Part shown: one piece after another, positions 52,001 through 64,000 of the stretch
Layout of the letters: every line of letters starts with the position of its first letter
How positions within the stretch are numbered: the first letter of the stretch is position 1
Notes under the pieces: model-generated
Told to the model about the DNA's origin: nothing
The model's database searches: none
The model's input: only the letters and a program-made list of their open reading frames with translations
Position numbers and translations under genes: made by a program
NCBI GenBank assembly: GCA_973851085.1
Contig: OZ316775.1
Location: 7,626,001 to 7,690,000, forward strand
Length of the DNA: 64,000 nucleotides
Direction of reading: 5' to 3'
DNA from: Ptychomitrium polyphyllum
Taxonomy: Eukaryota

Positions 52001-54449
52001 AGAACTTAAATATTAAGTTCAAATATCAATTATCATATTGATGTGCCTTGCCTTTTAGCCTCATAATTGTCTTCAAAATAAAAACCATCTTGAATATATT
52101 CATACATGAAATCTCAAAACACAGTCTGAAAAGAAAAATTCATATAACAAAAACTATCAAAAACTATGTAGCTCTCACATGACATCATTTTTTTTTTGGT
52201 TTTAATTTATTCTAGAGTAGAAATAAATAATAAATTTTACACTGACGCAACACTACTGACGTAAAGTTTGTTATACAAGCTCACAAACAGTAGGGGTTAG
52301 AGGGAGTACTTTTTGGATAACTACAGTATTGTAACATCTAAAAAATGTAAAATTTGAGGGAATGTTTTATTCCATCACAAGGTATATTACAACACAATCT
52401 ATGAACTGCATATATAATATGACATGGCCAGTTATGTAGAGACTGAATACTGTTATTTAGAGAAGGGAATATAAAAGTTCAAACGGTGGATATGTCCACA
52501 AAACATGGCCTCAAACTGGGTGATGGGATGAGAACGAAGCTGGCATTTGGAGGACCTCCGGAGAGAAACACGGGCCTGATGAAAGGGTATGATTTTGCAT
52601 ATTTTATGAAAGGCACACAACTCAAACTTGGCATTGCCTGAGTAGCACTCTACTTCCACACTGTGTATTCTTATTATAACCTAAAGTTTTTAGATTTGGA
52701 ACGACCCTGCTGGACTGCCATCCCAGTAGTGTGTACAATTTTCCCAGCTACATTGTTTTGGTTAATAATGTTGACTAAACTTTATGATGTTATCTTCACA
52801 AGCTACATGTGGAAAATAGTGTGACCAATCATCAAGCTATATTTATTTATTATCATGTAAATTAACTGCAAAACGAATTTAAAACAGGTTTGGGTACAGG
52901 CTGCACTTAATCTCTCATGTGTAAACATACTTACCTCATTAACTTAATGGATACTGTGGTAAATAAGGACACGATATTATTTACAAATATGATTTTGTCT
53001 TTTGTCTTTCATGCTTCCTATCTAAATGTATATTTGACTCTTAAAAGCCCTACTTCTAACTTTAGTCTAAGTCATCTTGATTCTTGACTCACTTCTTTGG
53101 ATGTCCTATGTCCTCTTTCTTGATGTAGGAATTATATTATCATTTCCAAGTACAATTATTTTGTCAAAACCTTGTTCATTAAAGATTGAAAGAGTTTGTA
53201 TTCAAAATATCTAATTAGATTCATATCTTCATACATTCATTCTAGCATGCCCTTATTGTTGTAAATAATTTACTTCTTGTTTTCCAAAATAAAATAAACA
53301 AAACTATAAAATAAATTTACAAGTTGCATTTCAATTTACAACATAATTATGAGCTTTTATTCCAAAAGAATTAATAAATATGTTTAAGCAAGCAAACAAA
53401 TGCACATCTAGATGAATGAAGCATTACAAAAGTAGATGGTTGGGCCATTTAGGAATATGTTTTTTATAACATATAACCACATTTGAGGCCAAACATCTCT
53501 TAATTTCCAAGCTTTCAGTTTTGCATTGAAACTTGTAATTATTGAAAACAAAAATAATTTTTTTAACAATTTTTCCAAAATACCTTAAATGTTCTTGTGA
53601 TTTTTTCTTGTCACTAAATTGTAACACAATAATCATATATAATGTCTCCAACTATCTACTACTTATCTAAATAGAAGAATTGTTTGTAGTAAAATTATGA
53701 ATGATGTAAATAAAAAACAACCACTTTATTCAAATGATATAAAACTTGAAATTTGGATAAATGTAAAAATTATTATAGTTTTCTTCAAAAAAAAATCTTG
53801 AAACTTTCAAGAAAAAAGAAGATTGTAACAAAGAAATTTATTATATAAGTGAAAGGTATAAATTTTAATAATTATACTTAATATTATATTCTTTGATCTT
53901 TGCATATAAAATTTATAGCTTAATTATATTTTCTTTAGATGTTTGACCTTTTTAATGGCTGATAGCTTAAATTAGAATGCAAAATTAAAATTTTATTTAA
54001 CTTACAAGTTTGAATTTAAAAGATACCATTGTTATAGAATTTTTTTTCCATTAATTACAAGTTTTATAAGATATAATACTTTTGAGTTCCAGTTTTAGCT
54101 CAAAGAAAGATTCATCCTATGCTCTTAGCTTACACTTTAAAAATGATAAGTTAATAATATATTATCATTCAAAAAAATATAGTATTTTATAAATGGCTAC
54201 AAAGACTCAAGTGTTTTATAGAGGCTTAACATTGTAATTATAATTTTTGGAAGTAATCAAAGATTCATTGTTAGTAAAAATTCAACCTATCAATTTGCAG
54301 AGATTTCAATAAATAAATGAAATTTTTAGAAGTGATTATAAATTTATTGTTGATTAACATCTAAAATGTCATTTGAACAAAGATTCAAATTATGTATAAG
54401 GATTAGACCATAAAGACATGATCTCAAAAAGTGAAGATTTATCATTGGT

Positions 54450-55636
54450 AGGAACTCAACTTATTAATTTCCATAAAGACTTGAGTGTTTTGCAAGGCCT
54501 TGATATGATAGTAACATAATGTTTTGAAAATAGTTGAGGATTTATCATAACAATTTTTTGAATTTAACATTGGACTTAATTGCTAGGTTGTTTTCAACAC
54601 CAATCTTTGTAAAATTGATAATTCAAATAAATGATTAATATTACAATATATAGTGTTAGATTTTGCAATAACAAACACATTAACTACCACAAATAATCTT
54701 ACTCCAAAATTCACAATCAACATCACCATTCTGGAAATGATTCATTGCCTTACACACAATAAATGCTAAGGTTTTTCTTCTTTCTACATCAAACACCAAG
54801 AAAACAATGGGACATTCAAAACACGAATTACAAGGATATAGTATCTCCAAGTCAAGAAACTATTCATCGTATTGTTTGAGACTGCAGCACTGCAGCACTG
54901 TATTGGAGAAGGCTACAGAACTGTGTCAGAGAAGGCTATAATTTGCTATAAATTATGCTAAGTGGGAGATCAGGGGTGCCCTAGATGCAGTGACTGCCAC
55001 TTGGTGGAGGTGAGTCAATCTGGACATCATAATAATGTAAGCGCAGAGCTTGGATTAGGACATGGGGCATATTTCCCCACTAGACCAAGTTACATACAAC
55101 CAGGTGTTCCATGAACTAATATCCCATCAAGAATGGTTAATTTCAGCACCCTACCTAGATTTCATTCTACGAAGCAAGTATACCATCTCAATGAAGTACA
55201 ATAAATTTTTACTAGATCCAAGATCCAACATGCCTCAACCAACACATAAAATCAATTCCATATCTAATTCGTTCTCTTTTTCTCTCTATAAATCACACAC
55301 AACTCCTCATTTATTGTGTGTAAGGTAATGTAGGGCAACAAATCATTTTACAATTTTTCTAGGTGGTAACTTATAGCTTCTCTAATATCATTATTTGTGG
55401 TAGTTAATGTGTTTGTTATTGCAAAATCTAACACTATATATTGTAATATTAATCATTTATTTGAATTATCAATTTTACAAAGATTGGTGGTAAAACAACC
55501 TAGCAATTAAGTCCAATGTTAAATTCAAAAAATTGTTATGATAAATCCTCAACTATTTTCAAAACATTATGTTACTATCATATCAAGGCCTTGCAAAACA
55601 CTCAAGTCTTTATGGAAATTAATAAGTTGAGTTCCT
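54450..55636. repeat. Near-perfect long inverted repeat, arms 54450-54697 and 55390-55636, 692-bp spacer
   Basis: By eye the arms are exact reverse complements except at one site (ttttcaacacc vs ttttaccacc). Confidence 0.95.
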
Positions 55637-56057
55637 TGCTCACACATAATTTACACACATTGTTTTTTATTTTAATTAAAAAAATTTCTTTAAGATTTAA
55701 TTCAATTCAACAAACCCAAAACAATCCTTGTGAAAGATCAATGAGGGAAGAACTTACTGTTCCTTTCAAGGTCAAGGGCCTTCAATTGCAACTTCAAAAT
55801 AAACTTTGATCAAAACTATTAAATTTTAGTTAAAAATATGAAGTTTCAAAATTCAAACCACATCCAATCACATCACCTATAAAGATTCATGAGTTTTCCA
55901 ATTCTCACCTCTTTTGCACTTTGTCACTTAAAATATCACACTATATCCATCTTGAAAGTATCTATTGTGGTATCATTTGAAACCATACAGCTAAAATTTC
56001 AAAGCATTGGTTGTTGTGCATGGGACTTGTACATGTTGTTGTTGAACAAGTTGTTGG

Positions 56058-56460
56058 ACATACTTTGGGCTCTGGCAAGCCCTAAAGATTAATCAATCTC
56101 CTGGTGAAGTTCAAAATATTTGATCATACTTGGCTTCTTTTCATGAAGAATGTATTTGGATGTTCTACATATTTGTATCTGTACACTCTCTGAGTATAAC
56201 ATGACGAGATCTCTGATAATTTTGCTTTCACAGATGATTGTGTTATTGAAAACATTCAGCAAGCCAATCAAACATGGAAACATGTCCTATGTGTGGAATA
56301 TGGTCAGGTAGTGTGAAATAGGCTCCTCCAACGAATTGAGAAATCTTCAAACAGGTGTGAGCAACTTCTAGGTGGTTTGACAAAAGTGGGATGTTTTGAT
56401 CAATTTTTTTGTAGTTGTTGAGATATGGAGGGCATTGGAAGAGAAGACTGTCTAGAAGGG
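56058..56460 (+). pseudogene. Possible decayed spliced gene fragment, unidentified
   Basis: Putative introns 56152-56233 and 56372-56414 (both phase 1) join TYFGLWQALKINQSPGEVQNI*SYLASFHEE-YDCVIENIQQANQTWKHVLCVEYGQVV*NRLLQRIEKSSNRCEQLL-VVEIWRALEEKTV. The two internal stops are TGA, as expected from CGA decay. Confidence 0.3.
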
Positions 56461-59400
56461 AACTTGATGAACTCAAAGTGGGTGGAAAATTAGGTGACCA
56501 AGCTCCCTACATAGCTGTGGTATACTACTGTAATCACCCACGCTGCCGTATCCCCTAGACTAGGTTACAGTACTGTACCGCCCCGGCGAGAGGCTCACCC
56601 GCCGCCACGGTGACCGGCGCTACAAGCACGGGACCGGGGGCGCGGTCATAGGGAGGCAGGTCGTCGGGTGCCTTGAGTAGCAGGTGGGGTGGTGTCGTTG
56701 TACTGTCGTTGAGGGCAGGCTGGCAGGTTGCTGGGCGCTGCTGGTCTGGGGTTAAGCTCCCATCGCTGTTGAAGTTGATGGGATGGGTTCTGCTCGCAGT
56801 AGGAGTAGTAGTACTAGACTGTAGGGCAGTGAAGAGAACGCACAGGGGTGGCAGAGCAGGACAGAAGTGGTGGCAGAGCTGCCCGAACAAGGACTGACAG
56901 ACAAGCAAGGACGAAGAACAACCAGTGTACTATACAAGTCATCGTTGGTTCAGTGCGCCTAGTGAGTCCTTTGTTTATGTGAAAGCTTAACCCCAGTTCT
57001 GTGAACACCAACACTAGGACAGTATAACAACAGAGTAACTTAGTATCCAGAGTAGTGTCCAGAGTAGTCCAGAGGCAAGGGTTGGACTACTGGACGGGGT
57101 GGTGGTGGAGGAGGGAGGAGGACCCCACATGGTCACCATCCCATCTATCCCAGTAGCCGCTGCAGCAGCGTAGCAGGGGAAGGCAGCAAGGGCAGGGAAA
57201 GGACTATGTACTCTGAAATCAGCTCTCATGGTGGGGGAGGCCAGCGTCACTTGAGAGAGTTTCAGTTGCAGTGGAGTTGAGTTGCAGAGTTTGGGGGTTA
57301 AAACTCTGAGTTTTGTGTGTAGATGAGTATTCGATCTTTGCCGAGAGAGAGACTAAGAGAGTAGTGAGGCTGGGGGAGAATAGGGGGTCACATCAGAACG
57401 AGTATACTCTAAAACTTCTACTTTTGGTCCTCCTTTTGGTGAGTGCTCTCTGTGGTTTGGTTTGATGTGAAGGGGTGACTTGCACGTCCGAGTGTATGTA
57501 CATCCGGGGTGCTTGAGTGAGAGTTGTAGTAGAGTTGTAGGCCATCGTGCTAGTGTGTGGTCGTAGCTTTGTATCTCTTCCTCCACAAATAGGAGAGGTC
57601 GTGCCGGGAATTGGGTGTTCTTGAAGTTCGTGTGGGAGTTGTTTTGTTGACGGAAGAGGTGTGGTCTCGCGTTGAGCGACGAGCCATTGAGGCTGTTGTG
57701 GTGTTGTTGTGTGTGAGGGTGAGTGAGTGCATGTTGTAGTGAGGGGTTGGGGTGGGTGGGTCGAGAGGGTCTGACACAGTGTCCCACTCGTTTCTGTGGA
57801 GCATTTTGGGACGAAGTCTCTAAATTGGGCCAACCTACACTGTGTCATTCGCATCTGCTTGTGTTCTGGAGCTCTTGAGACTCTCGTTCTGTCCAGAATA
57901 CTGTTCCCTTGTCTGCTTCTGTTTGTCGTTCTCATCTGCACAATTTAGGTGAGGCGGTCGGCGTCTGTACATTTGCCTTTCTAGGGTTGAGTCCTATTCT
58001 GCACTCTGGTGCAACTCTGCTAGTCCTGCAAGCTCCCATCTTGCGGTTATTTCCAGGTCTCTACTCTTTTGTTTACGTATTGTGTGTCCTGTATTTCGTT
58101 GAGCTTTCTTGTGTAGCGACAATTGTGTTTCTGTTAGGTGGGAACATTACGGGGAGGCTATTTGAAAGAGAAGGTTGGACAAGAAGCACACTGGCTCGCT
58201 TTGCATGTTCCCATGGTCTAGGATCTCGACACTTCAAGCAAACATCAAGAGAACAACAGTCGGTGGGGAGTGTGTGGGCACACATCTGATCTGTGATTCT
58301 TGTCTGGTGAGCTCCAGCGAGATCCGTTACTTGTCACTGTCCTTGTCTTACATGTCAATTTCCTTCCAACCGACTCTTGCTGTTGGGTTATCGTACGTGG
58401 CCTTCTCTAATGCTATTGCTATGGAAGCCATCGGCGATGGTACGACCTTCTGCACGTTTTATGTGTCATCTATAGGTATGTCAGATGTCTTTCGAAGTTG
58501 GGGATCTGGAGGACGATCCTGCAGGCTGTTCTAAGAGCAATTTCTTTTTGATTCTGAGTCGTAGCCTAATTGGCCGATCCTCTTGCATGATGTTCTGGAG
58601 ACGTGGTCGTTGTTAACTTCGTAGTTCGACTTTGTGATTAGTACTTAGCTATCAATCTGCAAAACATCTAAGTTATCTAGGTTTTCATTCAGATCAGCTT
58701 CTACCTGCTCCATTTAGATACGAAGTTGAGTCTAAAGTTCTTTGATCGCGTTCGGCTTTAGTGCTCTGAAAACTTAAGAGGAACACGCAGGTTCTTTTCT
58801 TGCTTTCATTTTGTGCATGAAGATGCCTTCTAGATGTCAGATGCATAGTTTTAGAGTGTTAGCTCTTACATCCTTGTTTAGAAAGCATGTACTGCTCGTG
58901 GCCATTTCAAAGCTTTGATCGATGCTGTAGGACAAGATACAGTAATTGGGTTTCCTGAGGGTGAGATACCTGGATATGGACCGCTGCAACACTTTTTTAG
59001 TGACTCCTACTCTGATGTCTTACAAATACTTTGAGAAAGACCTAGAATAGCTTTTAATGTCGAGGAAGCTTCCTGTTTCGCTTAGCTCTTAAAGCAGTGT
59101 TTTACAAAGTGCTTTAAGTCATCATCCACTTCATCAAATGTCTGGGTTGGCATCAGTTGTTCTAGACCTCCATTGAGGGAGCACACTTACGGAAGTTTGT
59201 GTGATGTATAGTCAAGTCTAAGGTTAGATGTAATTAGAGCGGGGGATCGTCCTTTTGGTTTCAATCTGTAGTTGTACTAGCTCGCACTTTTAGTTTATCA
59301 ATTGGCGGAAAATCATGAAGTTGCAGGTGGTAACGCGTCTCTATAGGATGAGTAAGGTAAATATTCTGTACGCCTCGCATTTACATCCGTAGACAAGGTA

Positions 59401-59941
59401 TTGTTCCATTACAGGGTAGCCGCCAACCTCCGAACTTATTGCCATTTCTCCTTGTACTTCAAAGTTTTAGGCTTGCAAAAAATTTCTCGCATTTCTAAGT
59501 TATGCGATTAGAGCTCTGTTTTCATATAGGGGTGAAGTAGCGGGTTGGAACTGAGAAGGTGAAACTACAGTCCGTTGATGTGATAGATTATGTTCTTTAT
59601 TCGATTAGATATTCAAGTTACGATGAGAGGAGATCATGGATTGTCGGGTATCGTTTGCAGAAATCGAAACGATCGACGTGGGTACGTAGTTGGAGAGTTA
59701 AGTTAGTTTCTTATTCGTGCTATCTGAGTACGGGCATGAAGTGCATGTATGCAGCTAATCGTATGTAAGTGAAGACTTGAGTTGGAGCAATAAGTTGAAA
59801 TAGGCGGGTCTCCCAGATTGCAAACTGATGATTGATATTTGCTGTTGTATCATCAGACTGATTGACATTGTGTATGATCTCAGGTGCTGAGTTTTGAACG
59901 AACAGCTGAGTGGATTCACTTGTGGGTGAACAATCCCTTAC

Positions 59942-60043
59942 ATGTTTAATTGGCTGCGATCAGCATTGAAGGCAGACAACTATACTTGAAATACTTGGTT
60001 GGATGTCATTATGACAAGCCTGGTCAACATCTATGCTCTCTAG
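59942..60043 (+). promoter_or_regulatory. Three short uORFs in the ARF leader
   Basis: 59942-59989 (MFNWLRSALKADNYT*), 60003-60014 (MSL*) and 60011-60043 (MTSLVNIYAL*), all downstream of the acceptor ...gatctcag ending at 59883. Confidence 0.6.
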
Positions 60044-60167
60044 CTCTGTGGCAGCTGTGACTGTTGCAGAGTCCGGTACAAAGCACAAACACTCACAGCA
60101 GTGTTTTCGACGAGATATTAAATCAGTCGCAATTGCGCCTCCACAATTTCCCGTGTCCTGGTTTGGA

Positions 60168-63124
60168 ATGCCCGGGCCAGGCCCTCGGTTATCGATGAGT
60201 GTCAAAATGGAAAAGCATGATGATACTGGAGGACGCGATAGAGGCATGGGAGGGGGAGAGAGTCTGGGCCGTCTCGATGCACAGTTATGGCATGCCTGTG
60301 CGGGTGGTATGGTTCAACTCCCTCCGGTGGGTGCCAAGGTCATCTACTTTCCTCAAGGACATGGAGAACAAGCTGCTACCACCCCTGATTTTCCCGGATC
60401 ATTGGGTCCATTAGGGACGGTACCTTGTCGGGTTGTTTCAGTCAATTTTCTAGCGGATACGGAAACTGATGAAGTGTTTGCAAGAATGCGCTTGCAGCCT
60501 GAGGGTCTCCCTTTCTCGAATGATCTCATGGATGACTCTCCACCTTCTCCCCCTCCAGAGAAACCAGCCTCTTTTGCCAAAACACTCACGCAGAGTGATG
60601 CCAACAATGGGGGTGGGTTTTCGGTTCCCCGCTATTGTGCAGAAACCATCTTCCCACCTCTCGACTACTCCACGGACCCTCCTGTTCAAACTGTTTTGGC
60701 AAAGGATGTGCATGGAGATGTCTGGAAGTTTCGGCACATTTACAGGTATAGCTTGCAATTACATGCTATAGGTTTGTTACCTACATGCTGTGACTATATG
60801 CTTGTTCTACATTCTGTTACTTAGACGACAATGAGGAAGGTGCTTATACCTGGTTGGGTGCACAGGGGAACTCCTCGGCGACATCTTTTGACGACAGGCT
60901 GGAGCACTTTCGTGAACCAAAAGAAGCTCGTGGCAGGAGATGCAATTGTGTTCCTGCGCAGTGCTTCAGGGGAGCTCTGTGTGGGTGTGCGACGGTCAAT
61001 GCGGGGTACCAGTGGTGGGGATACTTCCACCTGGCATTCGTCAGCAAGTGCAACATCAGCTATGCGGGCCTCGCGTTGGGAGGTCAAGGGTACTGAAAGT
61101 TTTTCAGACTTCTTTGGTGGAGTTGGCGACAATGGCCATGGAGGATTAAACAATGGGATCCGGCCTGGAAGTCAGGGTCCATCAACTACGAGTAGCTTTG
61201 CACGTAATCGTGCCCGTGTTACTGCAAAATCTGTTCTAGAGGCTGCTTCGCTTGCTGTAGCTGGAAAGCCGTTTGAGGTTGTATATTACCCACGTGCTAG
61301 CACAGCAGAGTTCTGTGTGAAAGCTGCTTTGGTGAAGCAGGCCCTAGATCACACATGGTATGCAGGTATGCGTTTTAAGATGGCATTTGAGACAGAGGAC
61401 TCATCCAGGATCAGTTGGTTCATGGGAACAATTGCTGCAGTTCAGCCAGCTGATCCTCTCCTTTGGCCAAATTCTCCGTGGCGCGTTTTGCAGGTATGCT
61501 CATCCTATTGTATCACCTTCTAAGCTCAACTGCAAGTATTGTAATGGATACCGGGAGCTTTAGTTTATTGTTGCATCAGACATGCTTTTGTTGCATCATC
61601 GGAAGTGAGTGGTAACCGAACGGTGGCAATTGCAGGTTACATGGGACGAGCCAGACCTGCTGCAGGGTGTGAGTCGTGTGAGTCCCTGGCAGGTGGAGCT
61701 CGTTGCCACCCTGCCAATGCAGTTGCCCCCCTTCTCTTTGCCCAAAAAGAAACTACGTGCTGTGCAGCCTCAGGAATTGCAGCTACAGGCACCTGGGTTG
61801 CTTGGCTTGCCATTGGCAGGCTCCAGCACCTTTTCGGGACAGTTGCCCGCCCCATGGGGGGGCCCTGCACTCTTAGACGACATCTCTGCTCGCATGCAGG
61901 GAGCCAGGCATGATCGCTTTAACGGGCTTCTAACCATGGATTTCCGGAACAGTAATTACAAACATCCTCGAGAGTACCCTAGCGACAACTACTACAATGA
62001 GCAGGTTCCTCCTGTTCGGGCACTCTTGAGTGACTCACCTTCTGGTAACAACCACCATTTCTCTCTTCTGCCTAACGGACAACACCGCTCACAGCACTCT
62101 GTCAGCAGCAATACCGTGGGCTTTATGCCGGCTGGCAGTTCCCAGGGAGAGAATACTGCTACCAAGACCACCTCGACTTCGTTTTTCCTGTTCGGCCAGT
62201 CCATAGATCCCACCAGCAACTCTAAACCACAGCAGCAGTGTGTTACATCCGGAAACAGCTCATCGGATGGGCCCCTTCTCCATGACGGCCTGCGGGTCTC
62301 GACCACTAGTAATTCTTCCTCGGACAACACATTAGAGAACAAGGACAGGATGAGAAGATTCCAGTCAGGTCATAATGGTGCATCTGGAGTGACGGGAGAT
62401 GGAGCTATGTCACGGTACCGACAGAACGATAGTGGCCATTGGTCTGACCTTTCCATTGGGAGTGAGGTCGGCAGTTTGAGGTGGTTCAAAGACCAAGCTG
62501 CTGACAGGGATAAAGGTTTGAATGAAGCACTTCATCATTGCAAAGTGTTTAAAGAGGGTGACGAAGTGGGACGGACCCTGGACCTCTCGAACTTCAACTC
62601 TTACGATGAGATATATGACCGCCTGGCAGCTATGTTCAGTGTTCCTGTTCCAGATTTTAAGAATCGGCTGGTATACCAGAGTGCTGAAGGCTTTACCAAG
62701 CATGTTGGAGCCGAACCTTACAGGTATAATTAAACGACAACTCTATACCTTTGTACAGCATTAATAGGTGCACATCATTTGTGTAGAGGACATGTATGGT
62801 TAGGATGTATTTGATCTATATAGAAATATAAAAAATATGCAGGAACTGTATTTATTTCAGGTTTGTTGGGTGTGTCTCTAGGCGGATCTTAGAATCTGTA
62901 GAAATGCTTGTTCCACCTTCTCAGGTGTGCCGACCTTGGTGATCATATCATATCTCAGCTTGCAACGAATCTTATTTTATGTCCATTATCCATAGGTGGC
63001 TGTTTCAGTTGTGTGCACCATGGTAACAAGTACCTATGTGGACGATTGCAGGAGCTTTGTCACAGCAGTCAGGCGACTCACAATCCTACCTGAATCAAGC
63101 AATGGGAGTGCAGTGCGATCATAG
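60168..63124 (+). CDS. ARF: Auxin response factor, clade C (ARF10/16/17-like), about 788 aa, with B3, ARF and PB1 domains
   Basis: Exons 60168-60745, 60866-61493, 61636-62723 and 63052-63124 are GT-AG bounded (2367 nt). Motifs: [128 protein letters not shown]. An in-frame upstream ATG lies at 60033. Confidence 0.97.
61890..61910 (+). promoter_or_regulatory. miR160 target site
   Basis: TCGCATGCAGGGAGCCAGGCA pairs with miR160 (UGCCUGGCUCCCUGUAUGCCA) with one G:U and one mismatch near the miRNA 3' end. It encodes part of MQGARH. Confidence 0.95.
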
Positions 63125-63822
63125 CTCAATTTCGTTTTCGTCTGATATATTAAGTATGCTCGATAATACCGGCACTATACAGTCGTGTACCTGCGTCTAT
63201 ATTATCGCTCGACTTAACGACTTTGGGTCGCCTATTTGACAATTAGGTCACCTGCTGAGGCTCGTTCATAAGATTCTAGGACAGCCTAAGAAAGGTTAGT
63301 AACTATTTGCAGGACATTTTGTGACAATTGCGTTGTCTCTTAAAAGTTTGCTTTTCAAGTGTCTCTACAAGCCGTTGTTTGTAGTATATCACAGACTTTG
63401 TGACTAGTGATAATGCACAAACAACTATGATTCAACTATTTTGTGTGTACATGTTGAATCACAGACTTCATTGTGTAATACATATGGGCACAGTTCTCCT
63501 TTATTGCGACGTGCCCTTAAATTAAACCTTGTCCAGCCTGCATGTAGGATGATATCAATGAACTGTCCACTCACAATTCTTATCGACATCTACGTTGAAT
63601 GCCTCCTAAGTTCCATTGTGCCAAAAGCCACAGCTGGTCGTCCCTATCCATCAAACCTTCATTTGAAAGTCACAAGGTAGTCACTTTGAAGGAAGGACTG
63701 AAAAGGATCAGTCTCGAACTTTCTCTCAGGGTGCTAAGAACGTCTGCACATATTCCAAACACATTGCGGAAACAAGCGCACTTCATCCGCTGTGGATCTT
63801 ACTCGACCTCGTAGCTTGGTGC

Positions 63823-63959
63823 TCAGCTGAGAGCGAACTTTACTTTCGCCTTCCTCTGAAGACTACCGTGGGCTGGGTATACGATATCTTGGACCGAGTC
63901 TAACGGGGTCTCATCAAGGAAATGTAAGTCGGAGGTAGAGTCCACCCGACAGCGTTCCA
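63823..63959 (-). CDS. Probable terminal coding exon of a gene extending beyond the window, unidentified
   Basis: On the minus strand a CTAAT branch-like motif and acceptor gtgtacag precede (x)ERCRVDSTSDLHFLDETPLDSVQDIVYPAHGSLQRKAKVKFALS*. The composition is coding-like. Confidence 0.4.
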
Positions 63960-64000
63960 CTGTACACTTTACTAATGTGGTTGATTAGTGGCCATGCCAT

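Noticed and set aside
56555..58534. Many ORFs upstream of the ARF
   Set aside because: Low-complexity GT/GA-rich promoter and leader sequence giving compositionally biased translations with no domain.
62873..63365. TGTCTC AuxRE hexamers in the ARF last intron and 3' region
   Set aside because: Isolated hexamers without the close paired spacing typical of functional ARF sites.

Overview
This is eukaryotic plant genomic DNA, most likely a moss (inferred from the bryophyte-type clade C ARF N-terminus, GT-AG introns, and GC-richer gene islands in very AT-rich, CpG-poor intergenic DNA). Three intact genes can be reconstructed: a BTB-NPH3 (NRL) gene (+, 13331-15999, 4 coding exons), a GT25-like glycosyltransferase with an intronless CDS (-, 23389-24354), and a clade C auxin response factor with a miR160 site (+, 60168-63124). 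A probable last exon of a fourth gene lies at the right edge. A decayed island at about 30.9-34.3 kb holds a tRNA-His(GUG) pseudogene and a disrupted SFC1-type mitochondrial carrier. Repeats include four solo LTRs of one family (three with recognisable 5-bp TSDs, one with a 31-bp array of heat-shock-element-like motifs), a near-perfect 248-bp inverted duplication, a 115-nt hairpin and several local duplications. No multi-gene novel system is evident. The best leads are the possibly horizontally acquired GT25-like gene, a uORF whose stop overlaps the start of an acidic N-terminal exon of the NPH3 gene, and the young inverted repeat. All calls were made by eye, without database searches.
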